This document shows positions 54,701 to 64,000 of a stretch of DNA of 64,000 bases, in pieces. Numbering within the stretch: the first letter of the stretch is position 1; each line of letters starts with the position of its first letter. Below the pieces are notes generated by a model. It was not told where the DNA came from and searched no databases. It worked only from the letters and a program-made list of their open reading frames with translations. The translations under genes and the position numbers were made by a program. The stretch is taken from the NCBI GenBank assembly GCA_964016885.1, contig CAXHJY010000442.1, positions 124,001 to 188,000 of the forward strand, read 5' to 3'. This DNA is from Eledone cirrhosa (lineage: Eukaryota).

Positions 54701-55842
54701 GTGCAGACACTCATTGGCTATGTGTGGCGTGAATTTCAGCAAGATATCTCCGTAAAATCAATAGTTGTGGCTGTGGAACCAAACCGTGTTAAACGTCAAC
54801 AAAGTCCGCCGGCGAATGGTGTGCTTCGAAGAAAACGAATCCAAAAATGACGATTAGCCGGCGGATTTACCTTTTCAATCGCGGGCCGGCCGCCCGTGGT
54901 CGGATCGATCTGTAATTACTGGTACATGTGCAGACACTCATTGGCTATGTGTGGCGTGAATTTCAGCAAGATATCTCCGTAAAGTCAATAGTTGTGGCTG
55001 TGGAACCAAACCGTGTTAAACGTCAACAAAGTCCGCCGGCGAATGGTGTGCTTCGAAGAAAACGAATCCAAAAATGACGATTAGCCGGCGGATTTACCTT
55101 TTCAATCGCGGGCCGGCCGCCCGTGGTCGGATCGATCTGTAATTACTGGTACATGTGCAGACACTTATTGGCTATGTGTGGCGTGAATTTCAGCAAGATA
55201 TCTCCGTAAAATCAATAGTTGTGGCTGTGGAACCAAACCGTGTTAAACGTCAACAAAGTCCGCCGGCGAATGGTGTGCTTCGAAGAAAACTAATCCAAAA
55301 ATGACGATTAGCCGGCGGATTTACCTTTTCAATCGCGGGCCGGCCGCCCGTGGTCGGATCGATCTGTAATTACTGGTACATGTGCAGACACTCATTGGCT
55401 ATGTGTGGCGTGAATTTCAGCAAGATATCTCCGTAAAATCAATAGTTGTGGCTGTGGAACCAAACCGTGTTAAACGTCAACAAAGTCCGCCGGCGAATGG
55501 TGTGCTTCGAAGAAAACGAATCCAAAAATGACGATTAGCCGGCGGATTTACCTTTTCAATCGCGGGCCGGCCGCCCGTGGTCGGATCGATCTGTAATTAC
55601 TGGTACATGTGCAGACACTCATTGGCTATGTGTGGCGTGAATTTCAGCAAGATATCTCCGTAAAATCAATAGTTGTGGCTGTGGAACCAAACCGTGTTAA
55701 ACGTCAACAAAGTCCGCCGGCGAATGGTGTGCTTCGAAGAAAACGAATCCAAAAATGACGATTAGCCGGCGGATTTACCTTTTTAATCGCGGGCCGGCCG
55801 CCCGCGGTCGGATCGATCTGTAATTACTGGTACATGTGCAGA

Positions 55843-58800
55843 CACTCATTGGCTATGTGTGGCGTGAATTTCAGCAAGATATCTCCGTAAAATCAATAGT
55901 TGTGGCTGTGGAACCAAACCGTGTTAAACGTCAACAAAGTCCGCCGGCGAATGGTGTGCTTCGAAGAAAACGAATCCAAAAATGACGATTAGCCGGCGGA
56001 TTTACCTTTTCAATCGCGGGCCGGCCGCCCGTGGTCGGATCGATCTGTAATTACTGGTACATGTGCAGACACTCATTGGCTATGTGTGGCGTGAATTTCA
56101 GCAAGATATCTCCGTAAAATCAATAGTTGTGGCTGTGGAACCAAACCGTGTTAAACGTCAACAAAGTCCGCCGGCGAATGGTGTGCTTCGAAGAAAACGA
56201 ATCCAAAAATGACGATTAGCCGGCGGATTTACCTTTTTAATCGCGGGCCGGCCGCCCGCGGTCGGATCGATCTGTAATTACTGGTACATGTGCAGACACT
56301 CATTGGCTATGTGTGGCGTGAATTTCAGCAAGATATCTCCGTAAAATCAATAGTTGTGGCTGTGGAACCAAACCGTGTTAAACGTCAACAAAGTCCGCCG
56401 GCGAATGGTGTGCTTCGAAGAAAACGAATCCAAAAATGACGATTAGCCGGCGGATTTACCTTTTTAATCGCGGGCCGGCCGCCCGCGGTCGGATCGATCT
56501 GTAATTACTGGTACATGTGCAGACACTCATTGGCTATGTGTGGCGTGAATTTCAGCAAGATATCTCCGTAAAATCAATAGTTGTGGCTGTGGAACCAAAC
56601 CGTGTTAAACGTCAACAAAGTCCGCCGGCGAATGGTGTGCTTCGAAGAAAACGAATCCAAAAATGACGATTAGCCGGCGGATTTACCTTTTCAATCGCGG
56701 GCCGGCCGCCCGTGGTCGGATCGATCTGTAATTACTGGTACATGTGCAGACACTCATTGGCTATGTGTGGCGTGAATTTCAGCAAGATATCTCCGTAAAA
56801 TCAATAGTTGTGGCTGTGGAATCAAACCGTGTTAAACGTCAACAAAGTCCGCCGGCGAATGGTGTGCTTCGAAGAAAACGAATCCAAAAATGACGATTAG
56901 CCGGCGGATTTACCTTTTCAATCGCGGGCCGGCCGCCCGTGGTCGGATCGATCTGTAATTACTGGTACATGTGCAGACACTCATTGGCTATGTGTGGCGT
57001 GAATTTCAGCAAGATATCTCCGTAAAATCAATAGTTGTGGCTGTGGAACCAAACCGTGTTAAACGTCAACAAAGTCCGCCGGCGAATGGTGTGCTTCGAA
57101 GAAAACGAATCCAAAAATGACGATTAGCCGGCGGATTTACCTTTTCAATCGCGGGCCGGCCGCCCGTGGTCGGATCGATCTGTAATTACTGGTACATGTG
57201 CAGACACTTATTGGCTATGTGTGGCGTGAATTTCAGCAAGATATCTCCGTAAAATCAATAGTTGTGGCTGTGGAACCAAACCGTGTTAAACGTCAACAAA
57301 GTCCGCCGGCGAATGGTGTGCTTCGAAGAAAACGAATCCAAAAACGACGATTAGCCGGCGGATTTACCTTTTTAATCGCGGGCCGGCCGCCCGCGGTCGG
57401 ATCGATCTGTAATTACTGGTACATGTGCAGATACTCATTGGCTATGTGTGGCGTGAATTTCAGCAAGATATCTCCGTAAAATCAATAGTTGTGGCTGTGG
57501 AACCAAACCGTGTTAAACGTCAACAAAGTCCGCCGGCGAATGGTGTGCTTCGAAGAAAACGAATCCAAAAATGACGATTAGCCGGCGGATTTACCTTTTT
57601 AATCGCGGGCCGGCCGCCCGCGGTCGGATCGATCTGTAATTACTGGTACATGTGCAGACACTCATTGGCTATGTGTGGCGTGAATTTCAGCAAGATATCT
57701 CCGTAAAATCAATAGTTGTGGCTGTGGAACCAAACCGTGTTAAACGTCAACAAAGTCCGCCGGCGAATGGTGTGCTTCGAAGAAAACGAATCCAAAAATG
57801 ACGATTAGCCGGCGGATTTACCTTTTTAATCGCGGGCCGGCCGCCCGCGGTCGGATCGATCTGTAATTACTGGTACATGTGCAGACACTCATTGGCTATG
57901 TGTGGCGTGAATTTCAGCAAGATATCTCCGTAAAATCAATAGTTGTGGCTGTGGAACCAAACCGTGTTAAACGTCAACAAAGTCCGCCGGCGAATGGTGT
58001 GCTTCGAAGAAAACGAATCCAAAAATGACGATTAGCCGGCGGATTTACCTTTTCAATCGCGGGCCGGCCGCCCGTGGTCGGATCGATCTGTAATTACTGG
58101 TACATGTGCAGACACTCATTGGCTATGTGTGGCGTGAATTTCAGCAAGATATCTCCGTAAAATCAATAGTTGTGGCTGTGGAACCAAACCGTGTTAAACG
58201 TCAACAAAGTCCGCCGGCGAATGGTGTGCTTCGAAGAAAACGAATCCAAAAATGACGATTAGCCGGCGGATTTACCTTTTTAATCGCGGGCCGGCCGCCC
58301 GCGGTCGGATCGATCTGTAATTACTGGTACATGTGCAGACACTCATTGGCTATGTGTGGCGTGAATTTCAGCAAGATATCTCCGTAAAATCAATAGTTGT
58401 GGCTGTGGAACCAAACCGTGTTAAACGTCAACAAAGTCCGCCGGCGAATGGTGTGCTTCGAAGAAAACGAATCCAAAAATGACGATTAGCCGGCGGATTT
58501 ACCTTTTTAATCGCGGGCCGGCCGCCCGCGGTCGGATCGATCTGTAATTACTGGTACATGTGCAGACACTCATTGGCTATGTGTGGCGTGAATTTCAGCA
58601 AGATATCTCCGTAAAATCAATAGTTGTGGCTGTGGAACCAAACCGTGTTAAACGTCAACAAAGTCCGCCGGCGAATGGTGTGCTTCGAAGAAAACGAATC
58701 CAAAAATGACGATTAGCCGGCGGATTTACCTTTTCAATCGCGGGCCGGCCGCCCGTGGTCGGATCGATCTGTAATTACTGGTACATGTGCAGACACTCAT

Positions 58801-59928
58801 TGGCTATGTGTGGCGTGAATTTCAGCAAGATATCTCCGTAAAATCAATAGTTGTGGCTGTGGAATCAAACCGTGTTAAACGTCAACAAAGTCCGCCGGCG
58901 AATGGTGTGCTTCGAAGAAAACGAATCCAAAAATGACGATTAGCCGGCGGATTTACCTTTTCAATCGCGGGCCGGCCGCCCGTGGTCGGATCGATCTGTA
59001 ATTACTGGTACATGTGCAGACACTCATTGGCTATGTGTGGCGTGAATTTCAGCAAGATATCTCCGTAAAATCAATAGTTGTGGCTGTGGAACCAAACCGT
59101 GTTAAACGTCAACAAAGTCCGCCGGCGAATGGTGTGCTTCGAAGAAAACGAATCCAAAAATGACGATTAGCCGGCGGATTTACCTTTTCAATCGCGGGCC
59201 GGCCGCCCGTGGTCGGATCGATCTGTAATTACTGGTACATGTGCAGACACTTATTGGCTATGTGTGGCGTGAATTTCAGCAAGATATCTCCGTAAAATCA
59301 ATAGTTGTGGCTGTGGAACCAAACCGTGTTAAACGTCAACAAAGTCCGCCGGCGAATGGTGTGCTTCGAAGAAAACGAATCCAAAAACGACGATTAGCCG
59401 GCGGATTTACCTTTTTAATCGCGGGCCGGCCGCCCGCGGTCGGATCGATCTGTAATTACTGGTACATGTGCAGATACTCATTGGCTATGTGTGGCGTGAA
59501 TTTCAGCAAGATATCTCCGTAAAATCAATAGTTGTGGCTGTGGAACCAAACCGTGTTAAACGTCAACAAAGTCCGCCGGCGAATGGTGTGCTTCGAAGAA
59601 AACGAATCCAAAAATGACGATTAGCCGGCGGATTTACCTTTTTAATCGCGGGCCGGCCGCCCGCGGTCGGATCGATCTGTAATTACTGGTACATGTGCAG
59701 ACACTCATTGGCTATGTGTGGCGTGAATTTCAGCAAGATATCTCCGTAAAATCAATAGTTGTGGCTGTGGAACCAAACCGTGTTAAACGTCAACAAAGTC
59801 CGCCGGCGAATGGTGTGCTTCGAAGAAAACGAATCCAAAAATGACGATTAGCCGGCGGATTTACCTTTTTAATCGCGGGCCGGCCGCCCGCGGTCGGATC
59901 GATCTGTAATTACTGGTACATGTGCAGA
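55843..59928. repeat. 9-unit (2043-bp) tandem duplication (units 247-255 = 256-264)
   Basis: Pattern A, B, B, A, A(T72), A, B(T5,C141), B(T1), B occurs twice. The ORF starts at 57198 and 59241 are 2043 bp apart. Confidence 0.85.
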
Positions 59929-62900
59929 CACTCATTGGCTATGTGTGGCGTGAATTTCAGCAAGATATCTCCGTAAAATCAATAGTTGTGGCTGTGGAAC
60001 CAAACCGTGTTAAACGTCAACAAAGTCCGCCGGCGAATGGTGTGCTTCGAAGAAAACGAATCCAAAAATGACGATTAGCCGGCGGATTTACCTTTTCAAT
60101 CGCGGGCCGGCCGCCCGTGGTCGGATCGATCTGTAATTACTGGTACATGTGCAGACACTCATTGGCTATGTGTGGCGTGAATTTCAGCAAGATATCTCCG
60201 TAAAATCAATAGTTGTGGCTGTGGAACCAAACCGTGTTAAACGTCAACAAAGTCCGCCGGCGAATGGTGTGCTTCGAAGAAAACGAATCCAAAAATGACG
60301 ATTAGCCGGCGGATTTACCTTTTCAATCGCGGGCCGGCCGCCCGTGGTCGGATCGATCTGTAATTACTGGTACATGTGCAGACACTCATTGGCTATGTGT
60401 GGCGTGAATTTCAGCAAGATATCTCCGTAAAATCAATAGTTGTGGCTGTGGAATCAAACCGTGTTAAACGTCAACAAAGTCCGCCGGCGAATGGTGTGCT
60501 TCGAAGAAAACGAATCCAAAAATGACGATTAGCCGGCGGATTTACCTTTTCAATCGCGGGCCGGCCGCCCGTGGTCGGATCGATCTGTAATTACTGGTAC
60601 ATGTGCAGACACTCATTGGCTATGTGTGGCGTGAATTTCAGCAAGATATCTCCGTAAAATCAATAGTTGTGGCTGTGGAACCAAACCGTGTTAAACGTCA
60701 ACAAAGTCCGCCGGCGAATGGTGTGCTTCGAAGAAAACGAATCCAAAAATGACGATTAGCCGGCGGATTTACCTTTTCAATCGCGGGCCGGCCGCCCGTG
60801 GTCGGATCGATCTGTAATTACTGGTACATGTGCAGACACTTATTGGCTATGTGTGGCGTGAATTTCAGCAAGATATCTCCGTAAAATCAATAGTTGTGGC
60901 TGTGGAACCAAACCGTGTTAAACGTCAACAAAGTCCGCCGGCGAATGGTGTGCTTCGAAGAAAACGAATCCAAAAACGACGATTAGCCGGCGGATTTACC
61001 TTTTTAATCGCGGGCCGGCCGCCCGCGGTCGGATCGATCTGTAATTACTGGTACATGTGCAGATACTCATTGGCTATGTGTGGCGTGAATTTCAGCAAGA
61101 TATCTCCGTAAAATCAATAGTTGTGGCTGTGGAACCAAACCGTGTTAAACGTCAACAAAGTCCGCCGGCGAATGGTGTGCTTCGAAGAAAACGAATCCAA
61201 AAATGACGATTAGCCGGCGGATTTACCTTTTTAATCGCGGGCCGGCCGCCCGCGGTCGGATCGATCTGTAATTACTGGTACATGTGCAGACACTCATTGG
61301 CTATGTGTGGCGTGAATTTCAGCAAGATATCTCCGTAAAATCAATAGTTGTGGCTGTGGAACCAAACCGTGTTAAACGTCAACAAAGTCCGCCGGCGAAT
61401 GGTGTGCTTCGAAGAAAACGAATCCAAAAATGACGATTAGCCGGCGGATTTACCTTTTTAATCGCGGGCCGGCCGCCCGCGGTCGGATCGATCTGTAATT
61501 ACTGGTACATGTGCAGACACTCATTGGCTATGTGTGGCGTGAATTTCAGCAAGATATCTCCGTAAAATCAATAGTTGTGGCTGTGGAACCAAACCGTGTT
61601 AAACGTCAACAAAGTCCGCCGGCGAATGGTGTGCTTCGAAGAAAACGAATCCAAAAATGACGATTAGCCGGCGGATTTACCTTTTCAATCGCGGGCCGGC
61701 CGCCCGTGGTCGGATCGATCTGTAATTACTGGTACATGTGCAGACACTCATTGGCTATGTGTGGCGTGAATTTCAGCAAGATATCTCCGTAAAATCAATA
61801 GTTGTGGCTGTGGAACCAAACCGTGTTAAACGTCAACAAAGTCCGCCGGCGAATGGTGTGCTTCGAAGAAAACGAATCCAAAAATGACGATTAGCCGGCG
61901 GATTTACCTTTTTAATCGCGGGCCGGCCGCCCGCGGTCGGATCGATCTGTAATTACTGGTACATGTGCAGACACTCATTGGCTATGTGTGGCGTGAATTT
62001 CAGCAAGATATCTCCGTAAAATCAATAGTTGTGGCTGTGGAACCAAACCGTGTTAAACGTCAACAAAGTCCGCCGGCGAATGGTGTGCTTCGAAGAAAAC
62101 GAATCCAAAAATGACGATTAGCCGGCGGATTTACCTTTTTAATCGCGGGCCGGCCGCCCGCGGTCGGATCGATCTGTAATTACTGGTACATGTGCAGACA
62201 CTCATTGGCTATGTGTGGCGTGAATTTCAGCAAGATATCTCCGTAAAATCAATAGTTGTGGCTGTGGAACCAAACCGTGTTAAACGTCAACAAAGTCCGC
62301 CGGCGAATGGTGTGCTTCGAAGAAAACGAATCCAAAAATGACGATTAGCCGGCGGATTTACCTTTTCAATCGCGGGCCGGCCGCCCGTGGTCGGATCGAT
62401 CTGTAATTACTGGTACATGTGCAGACACTTATTGGCTATGTGTGGCGTGAATTTCAGCAAGATATCTCCGTAAAATCAATAGTTGTGGCTGTGGAACCAA
62501 ACCGTGTTAAACGTCAACAAAGTCCGCCGGCGAATGGTGTGCTTCGAAGAAAACGAATCCAAAAATGACGATTAGCCGGCGGATTTACCTTTTTAATCGC
62601 GGGCCGGCCGCCCGCGGTCGGATCGATCTGTAATTACTGGTACATGTGCAGATACTCATTGGCTATGTGTGGCGTGAATTTCAGCAAGATATCTCCGTAA
62701 AATCAATAGTTGTGGCTGTGGAACCAAACCGTGTTAAACGTCAACAAAGTCCGCCGGCGAATGGTGTGCTTCGAAGAAAACGAATCCAAAAATGACGATT
62801 AGCCGGCGGATTTACCTTTTTAATCGCGGGCCGGCCGCCCGCGGTCGGATCGATCTGTAATTACTGGTACATGTGCAGACACTCATTGGCTATGTGTGGC

Positions 62901-64000
62901 GTGAATTTCAGCAAGATATCTCCGTAAAATCAATAGTTGTGGCTGTGGAACCAAACCGTGTTAAACGTCAACAAAGTCCGCCGGCGAATGGTGTGCTTCG
63001 AAGAAAACGAATCCAAAAATGACGATTAGCCGGCGGATTTACCTTTTTAATCGCGGGCCGGCCGCCCGCGGTCGGATCGATCTGTAATTACTGGTACATG
63101 TGCAGACACTCATTGGCTATGTGTGGCGTGAATTTCAGCAAGATATCTCCGTAAAATCAATAGTTGTGGCTGTGGAACCAAACCGTGTTAAACGTCAACA
63201 AAGTCCGCCGGCGAATGGTGTGCTTCGAAGAAAACGAATCCAAAAATGACGATTAGCCGGCGGATTTACCTTTTCAATCGCGGGCCGGCCGCCCGTGGTC
63301 GGATCGATCTGTAATTACTGGTACATGTGCAGACACTTATTGGCTATGTGTGGCGTGAATTTCAGCAAGATATCTCCGTAAAATCAATAGTTGTGGCTGT
63401 GGAACCAAACCGTGTTAAACGTCAACAAAGTCCGCCGGCGAATGGTGTGCTTCGAAGAAAACGAATCCAAAAATGACGATTAGCCGGCGGATTTACCTTT
63501 TTAATCGCGGGCCGGCCGCCCGCGGTCGGATCGATCTGTAATTACTGGTACATGTGCAGACACTCATTGGCTATGTGTGGCGTGAATTTCAGCAAGATAT
63601 CTCCGTAAAATCAATAGTTGTGGCTGTGGAACCAAACCGTGTTAAACGTCAACAAAGTCCGCCGGCGAATGGTGTGCTTCGAAGAAAACGAATCCAAAAA
63701 TGACGATTAGCCGGCGGATTTACCTTTTTAATCGCGGGCCGGCCGCCCGCGGTCGGATCGATCTGTAATTACTGGTACATGTGCAGACACTCATTGGCTA
63801 TGTGTGGCGTGAATTTCAGCAAGATATCTCCGTAAAATCAATAGTTGTGGCTGTGGAACCAAACCGTGTTAAACGTCAACAAAGTCCGCCGGCGAATGGT
63901 GTGCTTCGAAGAAAACGAATCCAAAAATGACGATTAGCCGGCGGATTTACCTTTTTAATCGCGGGCCGGCCGCCCGCGGTCGGATCGATCTGTAATTACT

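Larger units (their letters stand above)
45855..62652. repeat. Large higher-order block, copy 2 (units 203-276)
   Basis: Collinear with units 79-135 apart from an extra 10-mer, 2 fewer units and an extra 9-mer. Confidence 0.85.
1..64000. repeat. Satellite-like tandem array of a 227-bp monomer, ~281.9 copies, head-to-tail, about 98-100% unit identity
   Basis: The unit start CACTCATTGG recurs at 1, 228, 455 and so on. Phase is still exact at 13621, 27241, 40861, 54481 (multiples of 60x227 plus 1) and 63788, so there is no net indel. The array runs off both window ends. Confidence 0.99.

Noticed and set aside
4988-61111. Ten 93-aa ORFs as real protein-coding genes
   Set aside because: They start at GTG with no nearby in-frame ATG or clear ribosome-binding site, and depend on one SNP. 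About 270 other units have TGA at that codon, the 227-bp period breaks frame, and no domain is recognisable.
1-64000. CRISPR array
   Set aside because: There are no unique spacers; the entire 227 bp repeats, and no cas genes are present.
1-64000. In vitro rolling-circle or concatemer artefact of a single small circle
   Set aside because: Variants are shared in ordered, nested higher-order patterns without indels, which one template or random sequencing error would not produce. Local misassembly of unit order is still possible.

Overview
The whole 64,000-bp window is one uninterrupted head-to-tail tandem array of a 227-bp monomer: 281 complete units plus 213 bp of a 282nd, with unit n starting at (n-1)*227+1. 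It is about 48% GC and most likely a homogenised satellite from a long-read eukaryotic assembly; the organism cannot be identified from the sequence. There are no unique segments, inversions, insertions or net indels, and no credible protein-coding, tRNA, rRNA or CRISPR features. Units differ only by about 18 substitutions. Two linked alleles define type A (169C+190T) and type B (169T+190C). Reading the variants unit by unit (manually, so small errors are possible) shows a nested history: a BBA trimer, 6-, 7-, 9-, 10-, 11- and 17-unit tandem duplications, and a ~13-17 kb block repeated about 28-32 kb downstream. The monomer is highly structured: a 16-bp inverted repeat, a GC-rich hairpin followed by CTGG|T (reminiscent of a Helitron 3' end), six 8-bp palindromes and a consensus CCAAT box. 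The ten 93-aa ORFs are by-products of a single TGA>CGA variant. I found no clearly novel gene system; the best leads are the origin and structure of the monomer and the recombination record of the array.
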